A stretch of DNA of 64,000 nucleotides, taken from Candidatus Latescibacterota bacterium (GTDB lineage Bacteria; Latescibacterota; UBA2968). Each line of letters starts with the position of its first letter. The stretch's first letter is position 1. The stretch lies in the NCBI GenBank assembly GCA_965204375.1, contig OZ241986.1, positions 1,824,001 through 1,888,000 of the forward strand. Reading direction: 5' to 3'. A program made the translations under genes and the position numbers. Below are positions 29,806 to 38,542 of this stretch, one piece after another. The notes beneath the pieces were generated by a model that was not told the DNA's origin, made no database searches, and saw nothing but the letters and a program-made list of their open reading frames with translations.

Positions 29806-31578
29806 ATGTCAAATTCACTACTCCATCGCTATCTGCCTTTTCTCAACTGGATTGGAGAACTCAAAGACCGGCACATCCTGCGCGCCGATATCATTGCGGG
29901 CATCACCCTCTCGCTGGTATTGATCCCACAGGCCATGGCCAATGCCCAACTGGCCGAGATGCCGCCCTACTACGGCTTCTATGCGTCATTTGTACCCATC
30001 ATCGTCAGCGCCCTCTTCGGGTCTTCTCGCCAACTCTCCACAGGACCAGTCGCACTCGTCGCCTTGATGGTCGCCTCTGAATTGGGACAACTCGCGGTTG
30101 ACGAACAGGCGTATATCGCCTATGCGATCCTTCTGGCTCTCATGGTCGGCCTGTTGCAATTTGGACTGGGCGTATTGCGCCTGGGCGTATTGGTGAACTT
30201 TCTCTCACATCCCGTGGTACTCGGCTTTACCAATGCCGCAGCCATCATCATCGGCACATCGCAAATCGACAAATTATTCGGCGTCACCGTAGAACGCGGC
30301 GGGGCACATTACGAACGCATGATACGCATGTGGGATGTGATTTCAGCGGGTTTTCACACCCCCACCCTGATCATGGGTCTCTCTGCCATCGCATTATTAT
30401 TTATTTTGCGCCGCATCAGCCCGCAAATTCCGGGGGTGCTACTTGTCGCCATCACAACAACAGGCATTTCGTGGCTCATCGGCTTCGAACAAAATTACGG
30501 CGGACAGGTCGTGGGCAACATCCCCGAAGGCATCCCCGCATTTGCACTGCCAATAATTGATTGGGGCATCGTACCGCATATTCTCAGCGCCACCATAACC
30601 ATCGCACTCATCGGATATCTGGAAACCATTTCAATCGCCAAAGCCATTGCCACGCAGACCCGTCAACGCATTGACGCCAACCAGGAATTGCTCGCACAGG
30701 GCTTGAGCAATATTGCCGGCAGTTTTTTTCAGAGTTTTCCCGTCTCCGGATCCTTTGTCCGTTCAACCGTCACCTTGCGCGCTGGCGGCCAAACCGGCTT
30801 TGCATCTGTCATCGCCGGGCTGGTCGTTATTTTGCTACTCCTTTTCTTCACCCAACTCTTATACCACATGCCCCTATCCACCTTAGCGGCAATTGTCATC
30901 GTCTCTGTCACCGCACTGATTAACGTCAAACCCATCGCAAGCGCGTGGAAAGTACACAAACACGACGGTATTGTCGCCATATCGTCATTTGCGCTCACCC
31001 TCATCTTCGCGCCACACCTCGACCAGGGCATCTTGATCGGTGCGACCTTATCAATCGCCCTCTATCTCTACCGCACGATGAAACCGCGCGTGGCCTTCCT
31101 CGCCCGCCATCCCGATGGCGCGTTTCGAGACGCCGTAGAACACGATCTGGAATTGTGCGATGCGATTGCCACCATCCGATTTGACGGCTCATTGTACTTT
31201 GGCAGCGCAGGTGCTTTTGAAGACGCCGTATTGGAACGGATTCGCGATCCAAAATTGCGCTATGTAATTGTCGATGCCGAAGGTGTGAATGAGATTGATG
31301 CGACTGGGAAAGAAATGCTGGTCGGCGTGGTACAGCGATTACATGAGGCTGGCATTGAAGTACTCTTCACACGAACAAAAAAACAGATCATGGACGCACT
31401 CAATCGCGCAGGCGTACTCGAAGAAATTGGCCGCGACCGATTTTACACCACCCTCGACCGCGTATTAGCTCATGTTTGGGAGGCACTGGGAGATCAGTAT
31501 CCCTGCGACAGATCGTGTCCCGCCGAGTGTCCACTCCATCGCCCCAGACCAGATGGATACGTATTTTATCGCGTGTAG
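29806..31578 (+). CDS. SulP family anion transporter with STAS domain
   Basis: ADIIAGITL...IPQAMA, FGSSRQLSTGP, DANQELLAQG, STAS segment FDGSLYF...IDATG. Confidence 0.93.
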   Translation: MSNSLLHRYLPFLNWIGELKDRHILRADIIAGITLSLVLIPQAMANAQLAEMPPYYGFYASFVPIIVSALFGSSRQLSTGPVALVALMVASELGQLAVDEQAYIAYAILLALMVGLLQFGLGVLRLGVLVNFLSHPVVLGFTNAAAIIIGTSQIDKLFGVTVERGGAHYERMIRMWDVISAGFHTPTLIMGLSAIALLFILRRISPQIPGVLLVAITTTGISWLIGFEQNYGGQVVGNIPEGIPAFALPIIDWGIVPHILSATITIALIGYLETISIAKAIATQTRQRIDANQELLAQGLSNIAGSFFQSFPVSGSFVRSTVTLRAGGQTGFASVIAGLVVILLLLFFTQLLYHMPLSTLAAIVIVSVTALINVKPIASAWKVHKHDGIVAISSFALTLIFAPHLDQGILIGATLSIALYLYRTMKPRVAFLARHPDGAFRDAVEHDLELCDAIATIRFDGSLYFGSAGAFEDAVLERIRDPKLRYVIVDAEGVNEIDATGKEMLVGVVQRLHEAGIEVLFTRTKKQIMDALNRAGVLEEIGRDRFYTTLDRVLAHVWEALGDQYPCDRSCPAECPLHRPRPDGYVFYRV

Positions 31579-31615
31579 AGAGCAGGATGTATGCTGATCT
31601 CTTTGAGTTTACAAT

Positions 31616-31657
31616 CTGTAACAATTTATTACAGTTCACTACTAATCGTCACGATTA
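31616..31657. promoter_or_regulatory. Two palindromes (candidate operators) upstream of the TonB-dependent receptor
   Basis: CTGTAA-N7-TTACAG (31616-31634) and perfect TAATCGT-C-ACGATTA (31643-31657), next to a possible promoter TTGATT (31661)...TGaTACCTT (31680-31688). Confidence 0.5.
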
Positions 31658-31800
31658 TTATTGATTTTTTTAAAAAAAATGATACCTTAAGTGGTCGATT
31701 TTTTGCATCGTAACAGATTGTTTCCCTTCAATTTCGGGCAATCTGATTCAGTTCTAATACGAAACAGCACAACTGTCCCTTTCACCACAGGAGGAAGTCT

Positions 31801-34800
31801 ATGAGACAGACGAGTCTGTTTTTCTTTTTATTCATAGCCCTGGCATTCTCAGCCAGTGCTGTTTTTGCCGGATCAACCGGTAAAATTGCGGGCAAGGTCG
31901 TGGATAAATCCACGGGCGAGACCCTGCCCGGTGCCAATGTCGTTATTGAAGGCACCACATTGGGCGCAGTAACAGATCCCGATGGTAATTATTTCATCAT
32001 CAATGTGCCGCCGGGTTCTTATACCGTCAATGCGAGTATGGTCGGCTATCACAAAGCCACGCAAACCAATGTGCGGGTCTTTATCGACCTGACCACAACG
32101 GTAAATTTCTCCGGTGAATTTGGTCTTGTTGAAGAGACCATTCAACTGGCAGAGATCACAGTGGTTGCCGAACTCCCGGTGGTACAACCCGATATTTCCG
32201 CCAATGTCGCCAATATCTCCGCACAAGACGTCGAAAACCTGCCATTGATCAGCGTGAACGAAGTCGTGCGATTAGAGGCGGGTGTGCTGTCCACTGCTAA
32301 TGGCGACTTGTCGATTCGAGGCGGCGATTTGAATGAGATCGCCTTCTCAGTCGATGGCCTGTCCATGCGAGATGGCCGCGAAAACGAACCGTATTCAACG
32401 GTGAGTTATACCTCAATCAAAGAAATGAGCGTGCAGTCGGGCGGGTTCAACGCCGAATACGGCAACGTGCGTTCGGGCCTGGTCAATATCGTGACCAAAG
32501 AAGGCGACAAGCAACGCTACAACAGCGATGTGTTGTTGCGGTACAGCGGCGCACAGCGCGATTATTTTGGCCCGCTACCCAATAGCCCAAACAGCTATTT
32601 CTGGCGCCCATTCACCGATCCCGATGTAAAAAACGTGGGCAGCCATTCGCCCGAAAGCAAATGGGATGTGTACACGCGGCGGCAGTATCCGCAATGGGCC
32701 GGGTGGAACACCATTGTGAGACGCTGGGCTGACGCCCCTGCCGATCCGTATCACGGTGTGGGCGTGAGAGACACTGGCGTAGATGAATCGACTTTGCCGA
32801 CCAGTGAATTACAAGTAGATGATGCAGTCATCACAGAGTTGTTCGAATGGTATCGCCGCAAAGACCTGGAAGTTCGCAATGCGGATTTCGATATCGACCT
32901 GGGTTTTGGGGGGCCTTTAATACCCGGAATGGGCAATCGCCTTGGCGGTCTGCGGTTCTTTGCTTCGGGCAAGCGCGAGCGCAGAGCGTATATGATGCCC
33001 CGCGTGATTGATGAATACGAAAACGACTGGGGCCGCGTGAAGGTCACGTCGGATATTCGCAGCAGCATGAAGTTAAGTGTCGAGGTTATGTCCGGCAAAG
33101 AATTTGGACTGACGCCAAACAGAAGCGGCTTCCCCGGTATGTTGCGAGGCAACCAGGAATTGGGGAGCAGGCTTAACAACGACGACCGAATTTGGAGCGA
33201 TCACGTCGATAACACCCTTCAGATCAAGCGCAACAATATTGGCCTCAGCTTTTCACACGTGCTGAGTCCCAGAACATTTTACGAGTTCCGCGTTCAGAGG
33301 ATGCAATCGGACTATTTGACCGAAAAGTATCCCGACCGCGATCTGAAGGCTGTTGAAAAGACCATTCCCCGCAATTCGGACTTCGCGCCTCCCAATCCGT
33401 CTTTGCAGGTTTCAGAGGTCACGCAAAATCATATCGGTTTGACTGGCGCGCCTCTGGGCGGCTGGTTTTTGAAGAACGAAATTTTTGTCGATGGCCTGGA
33501 ATTCGGTGGCCACTGGGCCGAAGGACGCGACGACTCTGAAGTGGTAGCCTATACAACGCGGTTTGACATCACGAGCCAGCGCAGCCAGGTCGCGCAGTTT
33601 AAGGCGGGTTTTGAATGGATTGCCAGCGATTACGATGTCAACCACGGAAGATATGAGCTATTTTTCAAGAACAACGCAGCTCCCAAATACGTATGGCAAC
33701 GCACTCCTCAGCAATTTGCTGCATACGTGCAGACCAAGCTCGAATTCAATGCCATGATCGCCAATCTCGGCGTGCGTCTGGATCACTGGAATGCGAGTGG
33801 CGAGTGGTGGGTGTACGAAGATTTTTCATCGGCATTTGGAGCCAAAATCGGCAAAGACAATCTCGAGGAAGCACTCGATCAGACGCCGGTCAAGAAGTTG
33901 ACGTATTTAAGCCCACGCTTGGGCATTTCGTTCCCGGTGACAGCAGACAGCAAATTGTTTTTCAACTATGGACATTTCCGCCAGATGCTCAACCCGCACA
34001 ATCTCTTCCTCGTGAACGAAGTCAACACCGGTGCGGTGTCGCAGATCGGCAATCCCAATCACCCCATGCCGCGCACGATCAATTACGAACTCGGCTTTGA
34101 GCAAAATTTGTTCGACCGGTATTTACTGCGCTTGAGCGGCTATTACAGAGCCAACGACGACCAGGCAATTGGCGTGCGCTATACCAATCTGGATCAAACC
34201 GTGGCCTACTCGCTTTTTGAGCCCCTCAACTACGACGATATCCGGGGCTTTGAAATGACAGTGCGAAAACGCAGGGGCAAGTGGTTTGGCGGATTCGTCA
34301 ACTATACGTATATGCAAACTAAGGGCGGCAACTTTGGTCGGCGCGAACTGTTTGAAAACCGCCAGACACAGGCCACTTTTGACGCGACCTCAACACGGCA
34401 CTATCAGAGCCGTCCCGTCAGCCGTCCCTTTGGTAGAATGGGACTGGAATTTTACACGCCGCGAGACTTCGGTCCCCAGGTCTCAGGGTTTTATCCCCTG
34501 AGCAATTGGGACATGTCTCTGGTGGGCAACTGGCGAGCCGGTCAGCACTTTAATTGGTACGGTCCAGAAGCTGGGGCTATCCCCGGTCTGACGAATAATG
34601 TTCAATTCACGAGTATTAGGAATCTAGATTTGCGCCTGACCAGGCAATTTGCGATGATGGGCGTCCGGGCAATGTTCTTTTTAGACGTCGATAATGTATT
34701 GAACCTCAAGCGTCTGAATAACGCATCTGATGGCCCTTCCGGCAGCGACCGAGACTGGGAATTCTACATGTCGTCCTTGCATTTACCAGAAGACACATTC

Positions 34801-35172
34801 GGCGAGTTTGAACCTACTTATGCGTTCATTCCCGGCAATGACTCGCCCGGCGCTTTCAGAGATTACGGCACGGAGTTTGTGCCCATTGAAATTGTCAATG
34901 CAGTCAGTGAACTGCCCGCCAATGGATTGCCCGGCGACGCGGAAATCACGGCTGGACTGCCTACGGGTCTGGAATCCGACCGCCGCGTGTTGTGGTATGT
35001 GCAGGAAACTGGGCAATATCACGAATATCAAAATGGAAACTGGGCGCAGGCCAATCAGGACTTTGTAAATGAAGTCCTGGACAACAAACTGTATATCGAC
35101 ATGCCCAATAACGACTTTATCTGGTTCTTGAACCCGCGCCGGGTGAACCTGGGCTTGCGGTTCTCGTTCTAA
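31801..35172 (+). CDS. TonB-dependent receptor with N-terminal carboxypeptidase-regulatory-like domain
   Basis: Signal peptide; GKIAGKVVD...LPGANV...TDPDGNY; plug IRGG...VDG and GGFNAEYGNVRSGLVNIVTKEG; SPRLGISFPV; C-terminal PRRVNLGLRFSF. Confidence 0.92.
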   Translation: MRQTSLFFFLFIALAFSASAVFAGSTGKIAGKVVDKSTGETLPGANVVIEGTTLGAVTDPDGNYFIINVPPGSYTVNASMVGYHKATQTNVRVFIDLTTTVNFSGEFGLVEETIQLAEITVVAELPVVQPDISANVANISAQDVENLPLISVNEVVRLEAGVLSTANGDLSIRGGDLNEIAFSVDGLSMRDGRENEPYSTVSYTSIKEMSVQSGGFNAEYGNVRSGLVNIVTKEGDKQRYNSDVLLRYSGAQRDYFGPLPNSPNSYFWRPFTDPDVKNVGSHSPESKWDVYTRRQYPQWAGWNTIVRRWADAPADPYHGVGVRDTGVDESTLPTSELQVDDAVITELFEWYRRKDLEVRNADFDIDLGFGGPLIPGMGNRLGGLRFFASGKRERRAYMMPRVIDEYENDWGRVKVTSDIRSSMKLSVEVMSGKEFGLTPNRSGFPGMLRGNQELGSRLNNDDRIWSDHVDNTLQIKRNNIGLSFSHVLSPRTFYEFRVQRMQSDYLTEKYPDRDLKAVEKTIPRNSDFAPPNPSLQVSEVTQNHIGLTGAPLGGWFLKNEIFVDGLEFGGHWAEGRDDSEVVAYTTRFDITSQRSQVAQFKAGFEWIASDYDVNHGRYELFFKNNAAPKYVWQRTPQQFAAYVQTKLEFNAMIANLGVRLDHWNASGEWWVYEDFSSAFGAKIGKDNLEEALDQTPVKKLTYLSPRLGISFPVTADSKLFFNYGHFRQMLNPHNLFLVNEVNTGAVSQIGNPNHPMPRTINYELGFEQNLFDRYLLRLSGYYRANDDQAIGVRYTNLDQTVAYSLFEPLNYDDIRGFEMTVRKRRGKWFGGFVNYTYMQTKGGNFGRRELFENRQTQATFDATSTRHYQSRPVSRPFGRMGLEFYTPRDFGPQVSGFYPLSNWDMSLVGNWRAGQHFNWYGPEAGAIPGLTNNVQFTSIRNLDLRLTRQFAMMGVRAMFFLDVDNVLNLKRLNNASDGPSGSDRDWEFYMSSLHLPEDTFGEFEPTYAFIPGNDSPGAFRDYGTEFVPIEIVNAVSELPANGLPGDAEITAGLPTGLESDRRVLWYVQETGQYHEYQNGNWAQANQDFVNEVLDNKLYIDMPNNDFIWFLNPRRVNLGLRFSF

Positions 35173-35209
35173 GAAGATTTTTGAATCGAGACTTATCAGG
35201 AGAACTATT

Positions 35210-37384
35210 ATGAACAGATTGTTAAAACCGCTGGTCGGAACAGCTTTTGCACTCGTGGCTCTGGTGTTCTGGAGCCAGCCAACCGAAGTGCAGGCGCAGG
35301 CAGAGTTGATGTGGCTGGATGTGGGCGATTATCACTATCGATACGCATCGACAGGCACAGAGCCTTCGATCACACAACCCCCGTTTCGGGCACGTGTGAA
35401 ATACTGGCCCGGTATTTATGCTCGGGAAGGTGGCACACATGTGCGCAGCCGTCATTATATCGGAGTAAGAGATTTTACCGATGAAAACGGACAAGTCTGG
35501 TCGTTCAAAGTCGCCCGTGCAGGACCTCGCGTTTTTGACCTGGGCGAACACTTTGCATTGCCCATGGAACTGATTGGCAAGTTTGAAAAGCCAGATGTAT
35601 TTGTCGATGGATTTCAGACATTCGTCAGACCCACAGTGCTCACGCGCGTTGATCCCTCTATTCCGTCAGATCGCATGATTGTTCGCGGAGCCAATACCAA
35701 TGTGGGTATCACATGGGAAGAGAAGATATACGCATTTTCCAATCCCTATCACGACGACTATCACATCAGGGAAATGACATGGACCAATACGGGCAATATC
35801 GATGACGATGAAGAGATCGAATTGCCCGACCAGACGTTGAAAGAAGCGATGTTCTCATTTGCAGCCAAAGAACACCTCTGGGGACCCCGCTCCGTTACAA
35901 GTGCTGGTGTCTCGGGTACGATGTGGGATTATGTGGGCGACGGCAAGGAAGATGTGGGCAAATGGGAAGGCATACGCGCCACGCTCGGCTGGATAGGCAA
36001 TGGTACACGCGTGTCCTTTCTAAACCGCATCGGCGGACCTATCTGGAGAGGTGGACGCGGAAATGCTAACTATCGGATTACAGAAGGCGATTCCATCGGT
36101 CGGCTCGGCGGTGCTTATATGCTGACCCGCGCGACCTTGCACGCAGATACAAGCCCAACGGATCGGAGCAATGATCAGGGCCAGCCCAGAACGACGGGTT
36201 TCACCCGCGGCGGCGATGCAATTACCAACCCGTCGTTTGGCGATGCCGAGCAGATGAAAGACACATACCATTTTATGCATCCGGACCTGACCTATGCCGA
36301 GTATGGCAACCCGGGTACCGATGGTCACTTTTTTCCGCACGAAGCCGACCGTTCAGCACCGCCGGATCCTGCCGGTCCTTTCGATTCGGAATCGTGGTAC
36401 GAACGCATGGCCGCTCAAATCGATATTGATCGCATGAGAAGTGGTGGTATGGTGCCAGCGTTTGCTTTTGGTCCCTACACCCTGGCTCCTGGCGAAAGTG
36501 TCAATATGGTCTGGATTGAAGGCATGTACGGGCTGGACCGGGCTGTGGCTGTTGCAGTGGGCAAGGCTTACAAAGAGTCGGGCTATGACGATACACTGCC
36601 CATTACCTATGAGGGCCAGACCCACACGAAAAATCGCTGGGTGCTGGGCACCCGGGATTCGATCTATCACATGATCCGCAGAGCGACGGCAAACTGGCAA
36701 TCGGGTTATAATATTCCGCATCCCCCACTACCGCCCAGAGTTTTCAATGTGCAATCCGGTTCTGATCAAATTGTGCTTTCGTGGGAGACCTTTGCCAATG
36801 CCAATCACACGGGTTTTGAGATCTGGCGTACGCGCAATTTTTATGAAGGCACTGTGGATGACCTGTGGGAATACCAATTGATCGCTACCCTGGGACCAGA
36901 GGCACGCGAATACGCAGACACGGACGTGGTGCGCGGCATCAGTTATTTCTACTATATCCAATCCGTAGGACAGGTGAACAGCGATGGAACGGGAATGACG
37001 CCCACCGGCATGGTGATGAAAAGCAGCCGGTATTATACGCAGACCTATGATCCCGCGTTTTTGAAGCGCCCGCCCGGCGGCGTAATGAGTGACGTGCGCG
37101 TTGTACCCAATCCTTATGTACTGGAAGCCGATCAGAATATTCGATTCCCAGACCAGCAGGACAAGCTGGCATTTTTCGAAATTCCCGGGGAATGCACCAT
37201 CCAGATTTTCAGCGAACTGGGAGAATCGATTTTCACCATTGAGCACACAGACGGCACAGGGGATGAATTTTGGAACCTGACCACAGAATCGAATCAGGTG
37301 ATTACGAGTGGCATTTATTTTGCCGTGATCACAGACACTCAGACCGGCGAAAAGATAATCAAAAAATTCGTCGTTATTCGTTAA
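35210..37384 (+). CDS. Secreted protein with FN3-like domain and T9SS/FlgD-type C-terminal domain
   Basis: Sec signal (VQA-QA) with no lipobox Cys. FN3-like segment PPLPP...IVLSW...GFEIWR...YADTDVVRGISYFYYIQ. CTD: VVPNPY...CTIQIF...WNL...SGIYF...KKFVVIR. Confidence 0.75.
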   Translation: MNRLLKPLVGTAFALVALVFWSQPTEVQAQAELMWLDVGDYHYRYASTGTEPSITQPPFRARVKYWPGIYAREGGTHVRSRHYIGVRDFTDENGQVWSFKVARAGPRVFDLGEHFALPMELIGKFEKPDVFVDGFQTFVRPTVLTRVDPSIPSDRMIVRGANTNVGITWEEKIYAFSNPYHDDYHIREMTWTNTGNIDDDEEIELPDQTLKEAMFSFAAKEHLWGPRSVTSAGVSGTMWDYVGDGKEDVGKWEGIRATLGWIGNGTRVSFLNRIGGPIWRGGRGNANYRITEGDSIGRLGGAYMLTRATLHADTSPTDRSNDQGQPRTTGFTRGGDAITNPSFGDAEQMKDTYHFMHPDLTYAEYGNPGTDGHFFPHEADRSAPPDPAGPFDSESWYERMAAQIDIDRMRSGGMVPAFAFGPYTLAPGESVNMVWIEGMYGLDRAVAVAVGKAYKESGYDDTLPITYEGQTHTKNRWVLGTRDSIYHMIRRATANWQSGYNIPHPPLPPRVFNVQSGSDQIVLSWETFANANHTGFEIWRTRNFYEGTVDDLWEYQLIATLGPEAREYADTDVVRGISYFYYIQSVGQVNSDGTGMTPTGMVMKSSRYYTQTYDPAFLKRPPGGVMSDVRVVPNPYVLEADQNIRFPDQQDKLAFFEIPGECTIQIFSELGESIFTIEHTDGTGDEFWNLTTESNQVITSGIYFAVITDTQTGEKIIKKFVVIR

Positions 37385-37399
37385 GAATGGAGTATTTCA

Positions 37400-38455
37400 A
37401 TGACCAGAAAATTTCTTACACTTGTCGCGCTGAGTCTGATGTGTCTGACGCCGCTCTATGCACAAGACCCGGTGGATACGACAGATCCAGACGATCTTCC
37501 CGTGCCCGAACCGGGACAGGATCTTCCGCGCGAACGCCGCGCACAAGCGGGCTTTAAGTTTTTGAGCGTATCGCCCGATGCGCGTGCCGCCGCCATGGGC
37601 GATGCGTATTCCGCATTGCGAGTGGGGGCATCGGCGATGTTTTACAACCCCGCATCAATGGCGTATGCCACGCGCAAGTTTCAACTCGCCGCCGGGCAGG
37701 TCCAGTGGATCGCAGACGTGACCTACAATATGGGCAGCGTTGCATTGAATACGGATTGGGGCGTTTTCGGGTTGTCAATGGTTGCCGTCGATTACGGCGA
37801 TTTTGAACGCACCATTCGCGCGGACAACGAAAAGGGATTCCTCGACGTGGGCACGTATAGCCCCTCTGCCTGGGCAATCGGACTCGGTTATGCCCGCGCA
37901 ATTACCGACCGCTTTTCTGTGGGCGGCAATATACGCATCGCCAAGCAATCCTTCGGCAATGTTCCCGTGGGGCTTGAAGGCGCATCGCCTGTAAATAAAA
38001 CTTTTGACGAGCGTTCGACCATTGTCGATTTTGGCGTGCTATACTGGACGGGATATAAGAGCCTGACATTGGCGTTGAACACGCGAAACTTCTCTCAGGA
38101 AAACAAGTACAGCGAAGAGAGTTTTGAATTGCCGCTGACATTCCGCATGGGGTTGGCGATGGATTTGATCGATCTCACGGAGATGGATAAGGATACCCAT
38201 TCCATCATTCTATCGGTGGACACCGAGCGCCCACGCGACTTTTCCGAGCAAGTCAAAATCGGGGTGGATTATACGATTATGAAAACCCTGTCTTTGCGCG
38301 CCGGATATATAACGCCAACCGATGAACAGGGCATCTCTCTGGGCGTCGGCTTTGGCCGCGACCTGGGCAGCGTGGATCTGCGCGTAGATTATGCGTACAC
38401 CGATTTTGGCGTATTTGACAATGTCAACCGCTTGACGCTTCAGGCGGGCTTTTAG
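37400..38455 (+). CDS. PorV/PorQ family outer-membrane beta-barrel
   Basis: FLSVSPDARAAAMGDA, FYNPASMA, alternating beta-strands, LSLRAGY, VDYAY, C-terminal Phe. Confidence 0.85.
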   Translation: MTRKFLTLVALSLMCLTPLYAQDPVDTTDPDDLPVPEPGQDLPRERRAQAGFKFLSVSPDARAAAMGDAYSALRVGASAMFYNPASMAYATRKFQLAAGQVQWIADVTYNMGSVALNTDWGVFGLSMVAVDYGDFERTIRADNEKGFLDVGTYSPSAWAIGLGYARAITDRFSVGGNIRIAKQSFGNVPVGLEGASPVNKTFDERSTIVDFGVLYWTGYKSLTLALNTRNFSQENKYSEESFELPLTFRMGLAMDLIDLTEMDKDTHSIILSVDTERPRDFSEQVKIGVDYTIMKTLSLRAGYITPTDEQGISLGVGFGRDLGSVDLRVDYAYTDFGVFDNVNRLTLQAGF

Positions 38456-38475
38456 CCTCTATCCCCGCCATTTTG

Positions 38476-38511
38476 AAAAGGGAGCCTGTTTTTTGACCGG
38501 CTCCCTTTTTT
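38476..38511 (+). terminator. Terminator after the receptor-CTD-PorV triad
   Basis: AAAAGGGAGCC...GGCTCCCTTTT followed by a T-run. Confidence 0.8.
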
Positions 38512-38542
38512 ACGTGACGTCCACGGCTAACCGACTCCTACC

